A stretch of 32,000 nucleotides of DNA from Erysipelotrichaceae bacterium OH741_COT-311 (GTDB lineage: Bacteria; Bacillota_I; Bacilli_A; Erysipelotrichales; Erysipelotrichaceae), in contig RQZE01000001.1 in assembly GCA_003858585.1 (NCBI GenBank), positions 143,238 to 175,237 of the forward strand, in the 5' to 3' direction. The position numbers and the translations under genes are program-made. Below are positions 1-8,174 of the stretch, in pieces (positions within the stretch are counted from its first letter, which is position 1; each line of letters starts with the position of its first letter). The notes under the pieces were generated by a model. It searched no databases, had not been told where the DNA came from, and was given only the letters and a program-made list of their open reading frames with translations.

Positions 1-56
1 GGAATAATGCGATGCAATTTTACATAGATTTCTTCTAGCTTACTTTCCGGCAACAT
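1..56 (-). CDS. Possible 5' end of a glycyl-radical-enzyme activating protein (YjjW-like). Partial; continues beyond the window.
   Basis: An ATG at 56-54 (minus) lies 3 nt after GAGG and overlaps the yjjI 3' end by 17 nt in another frame. It reads MLPESKLEEIYVKLHRII with no stop before the window edge. The hydrophobic run resembles the segment preceding the FS-VDGPG motif of activases. Only 18 codons are visible. Confidence 0.3.
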   Translation of the reverse strand, partial: MLPESKLEEIYVKLHRII

Positions 57-1578
57 TAGCCTCATCTCTTAAAGAACGATCAAATACTTGAGCATTGTCA
101 TCTGTTTGTGAACCATACCAAGTAGTGTCACGTAAAACAACTTCACCTTTACGATATTTTTCTACTTCACTTTTTTTCACTAAGTAACCTGTTACACGTA
201 TTAAATCTGTATTCTTCAAATAAGTTGTAATATAACGATACCCCAAAGCAAAAGCTCCATCAATAATATCAACAACTGCATCTAAATGATCTACATACGT
301 TTGATCAAAGGCGAATAAATCACCTGTTCCTGATGGAAAATACTTATGGAATGGTGCAGATTGTTTTAAATGATCTAACAACATTGGTTCTTGCCCTACT
401 TTCACACGATGAGCCGGAGTATTGTTTTTGTCTTCTTCATGTAAGCCTGCTCCAACTTGAGCATGTAATAAATAACGATTCTTTGTTCTTTCTACATAAA
501 CACCTTCATGATTATCATTCACTTCTTTCAGTTTTTCCATAATCATTGTTGCAATTTCATCTCCACGAGTAGATGAACCGAATGTTTCAGAAATGCCTTC
601 TAAGGCTAAAAAGTGATTTACAGCATCCGCTAAACCAACAATGGCAATCATACTTGTAAAATTATCACGTTTTAAGAAGCCCTCTTTTGTTAAGAAATCT
701 GTCTTAAAGTAATTTGATTTTTCTACCAAGAAACGATGTCTTTTATCCATAGTTGATAGGGCAAGCTTTGCTACTTTAGGTAATAAATGATTTACCATAT
801 CTTCAGTAGAACTTGCTCCTTTTGCAATCGTACCTAAACGTAAACGAGTAAGGGTGTAAGCTCCTCCTGCAAGTGGTAAGGCATTATAACAACTTGCTAA
901 AGCATAGTCACCTAAATCACTCTTGTAATATTCATCATTTGCAAACGATGGTTTTGAAACTAATAAACATGCTTTTGCTGCAAGTTCTGCAAATTCTCTT
1001 GATGTAGTTTCTTTATTATACTTAATCGACATATTCGGTGTTGGATTTTGAAGTTCAATCACTGCTTTTAAAATCAAACGACCTGCTAAGGTATCCTTAG
1101 GTCCTACATTGGCATGACAAAACGAATCTGGAATCATTTTATCAATATGATTTAAAAAACGTTTAATCTTTATATAATCTTGTTGTTCATCTTTTACAAA
1201 TGGATCTAAAAGCATATCTAAATGTCCAATGAATACTGGATAGGTTGTAATTGACGGAACATGAGAGTATAAAATTAATAAACCATCTAATGCTTCATCT
1301 AAATCCTTTGGTGCTGGTAAGTCTAAAAACTTACAGCCATTTTTCATATATACACTATAATCCGGAATAATATAACGAGGGCGATAAATCGCATATCCTT
1401 CATTTAAATCACAAATCATTTGATTATTAATATAATCCCATTCTTCTTGCGTATAGCCTAATAATTCCATTGGATTAAACAAGCGTTCTGCCGCATTTCC
1501 TAAACTCATTAATTTTTGGTGATACGTCAACGTATCAGAGGTGATAATGTTGTATAAATCTTCTTTATTTGCTAACAT
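40..1578 (-). CDS. yjjI: YjjI-family glycine radical enzyme (DUF3029 / TIGR04040-like), substrate unknown
   Basis: 512 aa, about the size of E. coli YjjI. The C-terminal glycyl-radical motif LIRVTGYLV has its Gly codon at 187-189. There is a candidate thiyl loop ALASCYNALPLAGG. A strong SD (AAAAGGAG) precedes the ATG at 1578. Confidence 0.8.
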   Translation of the reverse strand: MLANKEDLYNIITSDTLTYHQKLMSLGNAAERLFNPMELLGYTQEEWDYINNQMICDLNEGYAIYRPRYIIPDYSVYMKNGCKFLDLPAPKDLDEALDGLLILYSHVPSITTYPVFIGHLDMLLDPFVKDEQQDYIKIKRFLNHIDKMIPDSFCHANVGPKDTLAGRLILKAVIELQNPTPNMSIKYNKETTSREFAELAAKACLLVSKPSFANDEYYKSDLGDYALASCYNALPLAGGAYTLTRLRLGTIAKGASSTEDMVNHLLPKVAKLALSTMDKRHRFLVEKSNYFKTDFLTKEGFLKRDNFTSMIAIVGLADAVNHFLALEGISETFGSSTRGDEIATMIMEKLKEVNDNHEGVYVERTKNRYLLHAQVGAGLHEEDKNNTPAHRVKVGQEPMLLDHLKQSAPFHKYFPSGTGDLFAFDQTYVDHLDAVVDIIDGAFALGYRYITTYLKNTDLIRVTGYLVKKSEVEKYRKGEVVLRDTTWYGSQTDDNAQVFDRSLRDEANVAGK

Positions 1579-1640
1579 AACAATCTCCTTTTATATATTA
1601 AAAATAACATAGAATTATAGCGTTTACAAACCATATACTT

Positions 1641-2189
1641 CTATTTATTTGTTTCTTTTAAAAACTCTTCTTTTAGAATATCTAACACCATTGTATCGTA
1701 ATAATTTCCTTGATGATATTTACCTCTACGATAACTACCTGCATCTTGAAAGCCTAAACTACGATAAAGAGCTAACGCTTTTTTATTATAAGCAAATACT
1801 TCAATACGAATAAAATTATAATTTAAGGTTTTAAAAGCATATTCAAGTAGTAAGGTAATCGCTTGTTTTCCATAACCCTTTCCTCGATAAGCTTCATCAA
1901 TATAAATACCTAAGGTCGCACCATTTTCAATTTTACGATAATGAAATAAACTGATATGACCGATAAATGCATCGTTATCCTTTGTAACAATGGATAACGC
2001 ACAATCGCCATTTGACCAATCTTCCAACAATTTAAATACTTTTTCATTTGTAAAGATGGTTTGATAAAAACTGTTATTATAGGCGATATCATAATCTTCA
2101 TTTAGCCATCTTGTTACCACATCTACTTCATTTTTATAATCCATTGGTGACAAATAAATGTCTTCTCCGACAATTTTCTTATAATACAT
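1641..2189 (-). CDS. GNAT-family N-acetyltransferase (RimJ/RimL-like)
   Basis: 182 aa with an acetyl-CoA binding signature (YRGKGYGKQAITLLLEYAF). AGGAGG lies upstream of the ATG. The gene starts 11 nt downstream of the tex stop. Confidence 0.8.
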   Translation of the reverse strand: MYYKKIVGEDIYLSPMDYKNEVDVVTRWLNEDYDIAYNNSFYQTIFTNEKVFKLLEDWSNGDCALSIVTKDNDAFIGHISLFHYRKIENGATLGIYIDEAYRGKGYGKQAITLLLEYAFKTLNYNFIRIEVFAYNKKALALYRSLGFQDAGSYRRGKYHQGNYYDTMVLDILKEEFLKETNK

Positions 2190-2200
2190 ACATATCCTCC

Positions 2201-4339
2201 TTACACTTCCATAAGACTTAATTGTACTTTTTCACGTTGTGTATCAATTTGATATACCCATACATCAACAATATCATTAACCGATACCAATTCACTTGGA
2301 TGCACCACTTTTTCTTTACTCATTTTTGATATATGAACCAATCCATCTTCATGTAAACCGATGTCTACAAATGCTCCAAAGTCTACTACATTACGAATTA
2401 CACCTTGTAACTTCATCCCTACGGTTAAATCTTTTAAATCTAAGACATCACTTTTTAAAAGGGGGCCATCATAACTATCTCGATAATCTCGTAGTGGCAT
2501 TTTTAAAGCATCTAAAATATCTTCCAAGGTATAACGATCTACATTAAATTCTTTCATACAGTCTTCTATATTTAATTTTGAAATAGCCAATTGTATAGCT
2601 TCACTACCAAGAGGATGATTTCCAAGGGCATCTAGAAGTTTATATGCAAGTGGATAACTCTCCGGATGGATACTGGTTTTATCTAGTATTTCTAAAGAAT
2701 CATTAATACGTAAAAATCCTGATGCTTGCTGAATGGCTTTTGGACCAAGTTTTTTTACTTTTGATAATTCCAAACGATTTTGAAAGCGTCCATGTTCATT
2801 ACGATAATCAATAATGGATTTGGCTGTCGCTTTGGTTAAACCTGAAACGTGCATCAACAATTCATTGCTTGCCGTATTTAAATCAACCCCTACTCTATTT
2901 ACGCTTTTTAAAACTGCAAAGTCCAAACGTTCATTAAGTTGTTTTACTGCCAGATCATGTTGATATTGTCCTACACCTATACTCTTTGGATCAATTTTAA
3001 TTAATTCCGCTAATGGATCTAATAGACGTCGTCCAATGGAAATAGCACTTCGTTCTTCTACATTTAAATCCGGAAATTCACTACGTGCAATTTCACTTGC
3101 ACTATATACAGAAGCACCCGCTTCAGAAACAATGGTATATTGTAAATCTAAGTGATGTTTACGAATGACTTCTGCTACAAAATGTTCAGATTCTCTTGAA
3201 GCTGTACCATTTCCAATCGCAATGATTTCAATTGGGAATTCTTTAAATAAACCTAATAAAATCATTTCAGCTTCTTGTTTCTTATTGATTGGAGCATGAG
3301 GATAAATCTTTTCAATTTTTAACATCTTTCCGGTAGAATCTAATACTGCTAACTTACACCCAGTACGAAAAGCCGGATCAAAACCTAAGATATATTTTCC
3401 TTTCAATGGTGGCTGAAGTAATAATTTCTCAACATTTAAACTAAAGACTTCAATGGATTGTTTCTCAGCTTTTTCTTCCAATTCACTACGTATTTCACGT
3501 TCTACTGAAGGAAATGCCAAACGCTTTAATCCATCTTCTACGGCATTTACAATCCGTTCTTTTGCAATGGTTTCCTTATCCTTCATCAATCCATATACGG
3601 CATATTTAATTAAGTAAGCTTGATTATAATCCATAGAAATCGTTAAGACTTTTTCTTTTTCACCACGTTTCATTGCCATAATACGATGTGGCATAATCGT
3701 TGAAATTTTTTCACTATAATCATAATACATTTTATAAACTTGTTTTTCATCGCTATGTGTCTTTTTTACTTTGCTTACAAGACGACCATAGTTATAGATA
3801 GAATCTTTTATTTTCCATCTTAGCTTTGCTTGATCACTCACTACTTCTGCAATAATATCACTTGCACCTGCTAAAGCATCTTCAACCGATGTTACCTCTT
3901 CATTTAAGTACTTTAATGCCTCTTGATTTAAATCTCCTGTTTTAGGTAACGTTAATATCCAATCCGCAAGTGGTTTTAACCCTTTACGAGTTGCTTCGGT
4001 AGCTCTTGTTTTGCGTTTTTGTTGATATGGTCGATAAATATCTTCTACTTGTGATAATTTTGTACATTGATGAATTGCTTCAACAATTTCCGGTGTTAGT
4101 TTTCCTTGTGTTTCAATGATTCTTAAAACATCTTCTTTGCGTTTTGCTAAGTTTACTTGATATTCATATTGTTTTTGAATATATAAAATTTGTTCTTCAT
4201 CTAACCCTTTAGTCATTTCTTTACGATAACGTGCAATAAAAGGTACAGTATTCCCTTCTTCCAGTAATTTCAACGTGTTATTGATTTGTTCTACTTCTAT
4301 CTTCAATTCTTGTGCAATGGGCTTAATTAATTGTTCCAT
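2201..4339 (-). CDS. tex: Tex-like transcription accessory protein (YqgF/RuvC-like, HhH and C-terminal S1 domains)
   Basis: The motif VPFIARYRKE is near the N-terminus and the C-terminal S1 domain reads GVIRNVVDFGAFVDIGLHEDGLVHISKMS. I place the start at the ATG at 4339 (MEQLIKPIAQEL), preceded by GGAG at 4346-4349, rather than the track start at 4372. Confidence 0.9.
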   Translation of the reverse strand: MEQLIKPIAQELKIEVEQINNTLKLLEEGNTVPFIARYRKEMTKGLDEEQILYIQKQYEYQVNLAKRKEDVLRIIETQGKLTPEIVEAIHQCTKLSQVEDIYRPYQQKRKTRATEATRKGLKPLADWILTLPKTGDLNQEALKYLNEEVTSVEDALAGASDIIAEVVSDQAKLRWKIKDSIYNYGRLVSKVKKTHSDEKQVYKMYYDYSEKISTIMPHRIMAMKRGEKEKVLTISMDYNQAYLIKYAVYGLMKDKETIAKERIVNAVEDGLKRLAFPSVEREIRSELEEKAEKQSIEVFSLNVEKLLLQPPLKGKYILGFDPAFRTGCKLAVLDSTGKMLKIEKIYPHAPINKKQEAEMILLGLFKEFPIEIIAIGNGTASRESEHFVAEVIRKHHLDLQYTIVSEAGASVYSASEIARSEFPDLNVEERSAISIGRRLLDPLAELIKIDPKSIGVGQYQHDLAVKQLNERLDFAVLKSVNRVGVDLNTASNELLMHVSGLTKATAKSIIDYRNEHGRFQNRLELSKVKKLGPKAIQQASGFLRINDSLEILDKTSIHPESYPLAYKLLDALGNHPLGSEAIQLAISKLNIEDCMKEFNVDRYTLEDILDALKMPLRDYRDSYDGPLLKSDVLDLKDLTVGMKLQGVIRNVVDFGAFVDIGLHEDGLVHISKMSKEKVVHPSELVSVNDIVDVWVYQIDTQREKVQLSLMEV

Positions 4340-4446
4340 AGTTAACTCCTTTAATCTTCTATAGTTTATCATTTTTTAAAAGATATGAAAGTCTTGACAA
4401 TGATTTTTACACATTACAAAAGTGTTATATTTAAAAGAATATATTA

Positions 4447-4455
4447 TGCTATAAT
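4447..4455 (+). promoter_or_regulatory. Candidate extended -10 (TGCTATAAT) for the PASTA-repeat gene
   Basis: TGcTATAAT at 4447-4455 lies 18 nt upstream of the ATG at 4474, with GGAGG at 4463-4467. The TTGACA at 4394-4399 is too far away to pair with it. Confidence 0.35.
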
Positions 4456-4473
4456 TACTTTTGGAGGAAGTAT

Positions 4474-6672
4474 ATGAAAAATAATACAACTAAAATTTTA
4501 TTGATTATTACAGGAATTTTAGGCACATTCGTTGTGGCAGCATTAGCGTTCTTATTTTTTTCACCACAATTAAAAGCAGAAGATTTTGTAAATAAAAATA
4601 TTGCGGAAGTAATTGCTTGGCAAGAAAAACATAAAGTGAAAAGTGATAAGATTGAAATTCTCTACGAATTTAGTGAAACCATCGAAAAAGACATTGTAAT
4701 AAGTCAATCTATTGAAAAAAACAAACCAATTAAACAAAAGATTAGCTTTACGGTTTCAAAAGGAAGTGACCCTGATAAACTAGTTGATCTTATTGACTTT
4801 AAAGATAAAACAGAAGCAGAAATTACAGCATGGTTTAAAGAACAATTATTTACAGATGTAACTGTAGAGTACATTCCTCATCAAGAAATTGCAAAAGGAA
4901 AATTTGTTAAATTAAACATTACCGGTAATCAAGCAAAACGTAGTGAAGTTATTTTAGTTTCCATTTCTGCCGGAACAGATTCTGTGGGTTTACCAATTAT
5001 CATTCCGGACTTTAAAGACTTTACAAAAGAAAATATTCAAGCATGGGCAAAAACAAATAATATGAGTGTTTCCTTTACAAGTGAAGCCTCTGATAGTATA
5101 GCTGAAGGTAAAGTAGTATCACAAAATCCGAAGGCTAATGAAGCTTCTACAACTGGTTCTAAAGTAAAAGTTGTATTATCTAGTGGAAAAGGCATTGTCT
5201 TAGAAAACTTTAATGGAAAAGAAAAAGCGACTTTATCAAAATGGGCAAAAGCCAATAAAATTTCTGTTACCTTTGTTGATTCTTATAGTCCAACTGTAGC
5301 AAATGGATTAATTATTTCTACGAATCCAAAAGCCAACTCTAAGATTAAACCCAACAGTAAACTCACTGCCTATATATCTATTGGTTTTGTACCATTAAAT
5401 AATTATGTAGGAAAATCAAAAGCAGATTTTGAAAGTTACATTGCAAAATTGAATAAGAGTAACAATGAATCTGCAAATATAAGCGTTGAATATATCAACG
5501 AAGTAAACAACAAAGTTGCAGAAAACAATATTATCTCTATGATTGTTGATGGAAAAGAAATTGATAAACCAACAACAAAATTAAATAGTATTAAACCAGG
5601 TAGTAAAATTAAAATTAAAGTTAGCAAAGGACAACTTATTAAAGTAGATAGCTATGTTAATAAACCTGAAAATGAATTTATTACCTTCTTAAAGAAACAA
5701 GGACTTGTACCAAATAAAACTGGAGAATCTTATAGCTCTTATGCAAAAGGTAACATCGCTACCAATGCTACAGGAGAATTTAAAAAAGGATCTTCTATCA
5801 ACTATACAACATCAAAAGGACAATATAAATTTGATCCAAAACAATTCGAGAATAAAACCGAAGAAGCGGCTAGAGCCACTTTAGCAACTTTAAACAATCA
5901 AGGTGCTGGTTTAACTTTAAATAAACCTATAGAGGAATATTCAAATACTGTTGCTGTAAACTTACTTTATGATTGTAAAGTAACCGGTAATACAATTGGT
6001 TGTAAAAAATCAAAAGGTGTAGGAATTGTTGTAGGTAATTATATTGGAAGTCAAAAACCATGTGCCAATACTGGATGTAGTGTAAATGATTTAAAATTCA
6101 AATTTGTATCTGAACCAAATTGGAGTAATAAACCAAAAGATGAAGTTATTAGCCAAAGTATTGAAGCAGGTAAAATGGTTGACAAAAACACAGAAATAAC
6201 GCTTATTCTATCACGTGGACCTATGCCACTACCACCAATTAATGCAGCTGATTTCAACGGTAAAACCAAAGAACAAGCAAACCAACACTTAACAACACTT
6301 AATAATCAAGGTGCTGGATTAACATTAAACTTTGTAGATGAATACTCTGATACAATTGCAAGTGGAATCACTTACGATTGTTCTATATCTGGAAAAGCTG
6401 TTTCATGTAAAGCATCTTTAGGCAAGAAACCTGTAGAGAAAATTACGATTATTGATGTACAAATAAAGATTATTAATTCCACTTCTGCGGATGAATCAAA
6501 AACGATTATTACAAATTACTTAAAATCTTTAGATGTTCCGGATAGTCAAATTCAAATTGAATTAGTACATTCAGATGTAAATGTCGGACAACTAGTTGGA
6601 GACTACCCTGGTCCTGGAGACTATGAACCAAACACTGTATTCAAATTTCAAATTTCAAAAGGACCACAATAA
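4474..6672 (+). CDS. Single-pass membrane protein made only of about 10 PASTA-like repeats, with no kinase or transpeptidase domain
   Basis: There is an N-terminal TM segment (aa 8-29). It is followed by 65-80 aa modules, each ending in S-x-G (VSKG, ISAG, LSSGKG, ISIG, VSKGQ, TSKGQ, KSKG, LSRGP, ASLG, ISKGP). A typical PASTA core is IPDFKDFTKENIQAWAKTNNMSVSF..IAEGKVVSQNPKAN....GSKVKVVLSSGKG. Confidence 0.8.
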   Translation: MKNNTTKILLIITGILGTFVVAALAFLFFSPQLKAEDFVNKNIAEVIAWQEKHKVKSDKIEILYEFSETIEKDIVISQSIEKNKPIKQKISFTVSKGSDPDKLVDLIDFKDKTEAEITAWFKEQLFTDVTVEYIPHQEIAKGKFVKLNITGNQAKRSEVILVSISAGTDSVGLPIIIPDFKDFTKENIQAWAKTNNMSVSFTSEASDSIAEGKVVSQNPKANEASTTGSKVKVVLSSGKGIVLENFNGKEKATLSKWAKANKISVTFVDSYSPTVANGLIISTNPKANSKIKPNSKLTAYISIGFVPLNNYVGKSKADFESYIAKLNKSNNESANISVEYINEVNNKVAENNIISMIVDGKEIDKPTTKLNSIKPGSKIKIKVSKGQLIKVDSYVNKPENEFITFLKKQGLVPNKTGESYSSYAKGNIATNATGEFKKGSSINYTTSKGQYKFDPKQFENKTEEAARATLATLNNQGAGLTLNKPIEEYSNTVAVNLLYDCKVTGNTIGCKKSKGVGIVVGNYIGSQKPCANTGCSVNDLKFKFVSEPNWSNKPKDEVISQSIEAGKMVDKNTEITLILSRGPMPLPPINAADFNGKTKEQANQHLTTLNNQGAGLTLNFVDEYSDTIASGITYDCSISGKAVSCKASLGKKPVEKITIIDVQIKIINSTSADESKTIITNYLKSLDVPDSQIQIELVHSDVNVGQLVGDYPGPGDYEPNTVFKFQISKGPQ
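5824..6018 (+). repeat. Intragenic protein-level repeat, copy A (TLNNQGAGLTLN ... YDCx8C module)
   Basis: aa 451-515: FENKTEEAARATLATLNNQGAGLTLNKPIEEYSNTVAVNLLYDCKVTGNTIGCKKSKG. The nucleotide core aatcaaggtgctggtttaactttaaa recurs about 400 bp downstream. Confidence 0.6.
6229..6423 (+). repeat. Intragenic protein-level repeat, copy B
   Basis: aa 586-650: FNGKTKEQANQHLTTLNNQGAGLTLNFVDEYSDTIASGITYDCSISGKAVSCKASLG. By eye it is about half identical to copy A and has the same Cys spacing. Confidence 0.6.
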
Positions 6673-6697
6673 AAAGCTATTTTACAATAGCTTTTTT
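6671..6697. terminator. Bidirectional rho-independent terminator between convergent genes
   Basis: AAAAAGCTATT-TTAC-AATAGCTTTTTT: a perfect stem flanked by an A-run and a T-run. It lies between the PASTA gene stop (6672) and the stop of the minus-strand gene (6696). Confidence 0.7.
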
Positions 6698-8174
6698 ACT
6701 TTTTATGATTATAGAAAATTAATTTCATTTCCGGATTTAATTTAAAATATTTTTTGAATACTTCTTGATGATAAGTATCATTTAATTCTATATCATATGA
6801 GTGAATTAATTCAGAAGGCATGCGTACAAGCCATGCTTCTTTTTCATTTGGATTATCTTGATAATACTGAATTTGTTGCATACGCATATGATGAAAGTGG
6901 CTAACTGTTTGATATATTTTAATATAATTGATAGTCTTTATACCAATAATGCCTATAGAAATTACTACAAAGATTGGATAAATAATTTTTACTTTTAACT
7001 CATTCATCAGAAGTAACACAACTAATACTAATAAATAATACGTATACAAACTGGAACGAGCTGCAAAAATTGGACTCATCATCATAACAGCATTGCTAAC
7101 TCCTGCAAGAACAATATACACACTCACTTCTATAAATAAGGTTCTTTTTAAAACATGATAAAGTATATAAAAGATGCTGATTACATAAATAAAATAATAA
7201 ACAGTAAGGAAAACTACGATGCGTATATCTTTCATATCCACTAACCAAGATATGTGTAATTTTTCAGCATAAATGAATATAAAACTCATTATAATAATCA
7301 AAGCCATTATACTCTTTACATATTTATTCTGTTTCCAACTCGTAAATATATGCATTAAACTTACAATATTAAAAAACGAAAATAAAATAGGACTACTTAA
7401 GAATGTGTAATACATAAAATGCTTCCAGTTGATACTTATCTTCTCAAAAACAGATAATGAAACCCAATCAGCATGATCCCTCAATAGTCTTTGTGAAGAA
7501 CCCGGTGCAAAGAATAATATCGCAAAAGCTACAAGATTAAAGATAAAAATAAGAAAAAAGATTTTAAAATATTCTTTTTTATAGATGTATGCATAGACTA
7601 AAACACTCATATTTAAAAGCACTAAAATAATAGCTGCATTTTCCATACTCATCGATATTTGTACATTGCATAAGATTGCGATTAGAATACGATACAGATT
7701 AAATTGTTTTTTATGTAGTAAGACACTTTTAATGATGTATAGATACACTAATAAACTTAACAAGGCTATTGTATAAAACCCTGTACCGGTAAGCCATGTG
7801 TAAGTTTGCATGCGCATGTGATTGGATACACTTAACATGAACATAAGTACTCCAACATAGATGACATAAGATTTCTTATTTATAATTTTTATTAACACAT
7901 AATAAATAAGCAGAAATAACAAAGGATTAAGTAGATTCCACAACCACTTCTGAGGTATGACAGTTAAACTGTAAAACTCACTAAAAACTCTGCCTGACCA
8001 ATTCGTATAGAAATGAGATATTGTGCGAAAAATATTATCATTTAATCCATTAAAGGCATAACCCCAGTCATCACCTGCCAATGGTGTTTGCTTAGAAATA
8101 TAATAAAATAACACATAAATAAATACTCCACCTATCAACATTAATAGTTTATCTTTATTTAGTATTTTATTCAT
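6696..8174 (-). CDS. Uncharacterised polytopic membrane protein (about 12 or more TM segments); possibly a GT-C-type glycosyltransferase (DUF6056-like is a guess)
   Basis: 492 aa, almost entirely hydrophobic helices. After TM1 the first predicted external loop carries PLAGDDWGY, an acidic pair of the kind seen in GT-C enzymes. Its ATG overlaps the yfhO stop as ATGA (8171-8174). Confidence 0.6.
   Translation of the reverse strand: MNKILNKDKLLMLIGGVFIYVLFYYISKQTPLAGDDWGYAFNGLNDNIFRTISHFYTNWSGRVFSEFYSLTVIPQKWLWNLLNPLLFLLIYYVLIKIINKKSYVIYVGVLMFMLSVSNHMRMQTYTWLTGTGFYTIALLSLLVYLYIIKSVLLHKKQFNLYRILIAILCNVQISMSMENAAIILVLLNMSVLVYAYIYKKEYFKIFFLIFIFNLVAFAILFFAPGSSQRLLRDHADWVSLSVFEKISINWKHFMYYTFLSSPILFSFFNIVSLMHIFTSWKQNKYVKSIMALIIIMSFIFIYAEKLHISWLVDMKDIRIVVFLTVYYFIYVISIFYILYHVLKRTLFIEVSVYIVLAGVSNAVMMMSPIFAARSSLYTYYLLVLVVLLLMNELKVKIIYPIFVVISIGIIGIKTINYIKIYQTVSHFHHMRMQQIQYYQDNPNEKEAWLVRMPSELIHSYDIELNDTYHQEVFKKYFKLNPEMKLIFYNHKK

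Noticed and set aside
333-542. This covers all the short ORFs (61-110 aa) in the six-frame track that lie within or opposite long conserved genes: 333-542, 1910-2101, 2296-2547, 5037-5255, 5436-5627, 6051-6269, 8202-8390, 11124-11315, 11383-11661, 13003-13335, 13471-13659, 15497-15742, 16115-16306, 17668-17853, 20060-20248, 20516-20707, 20674-20871, 22604-22828 and 27688-27888.
   Set aside because: Each is embedded in, or antisense to, a CDS with strong family motifs. They have low-complexity or odd composition (Leu/Ile/Phe/Ser-rich, as expected from translating AT-rich DNA in a wrong frame). Where I checked there was no SD, and I recognised no family signature. They are best explained as chance open frames.
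1579-1640. A promoter for yjjI in the GNAT-yjjI gap (TATAAT on the minus strand at about 1619-1614).
   Set aside because: The hexamer is present, but it has no TG extension and no acceptable -35 at 16-18 nt. Such hexamers are frequent by chance in DNA this AT-rich. I did not list it as a feature.
4340-4372. The longer N-termini given by the ORF track for tex (4372), pfkA (21632), GT4-RecX (13414, TTG), coaE (24349, GTG) and yhaM (11409).
   Set aside because: In each case a downstream ATG has a properly spaced GGAG/AAGAGG-type SD or a classic ATGA/TAATG overlap, and it reproduces the conserved family N-terminus (MEQLIKPIA.., MIRRIGILTSGGD, MKIGIFTD, MKIAITG, MSQKIKDL). The extra residues look like read-back to the previous in-frame stop.
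8171-8173. The possibility that this AT-rich genome uses the Mollicutes code (TGA = Trp).
   Set aside because: TGA terminates yfhO (8171-8173), mutM (24334-24336) and dnaI (21669-21671) exactly where the homologous proteins end and where the next gene starts. Trp is encoded by TGG wherever I read codons directly. The standard code 11 fits.
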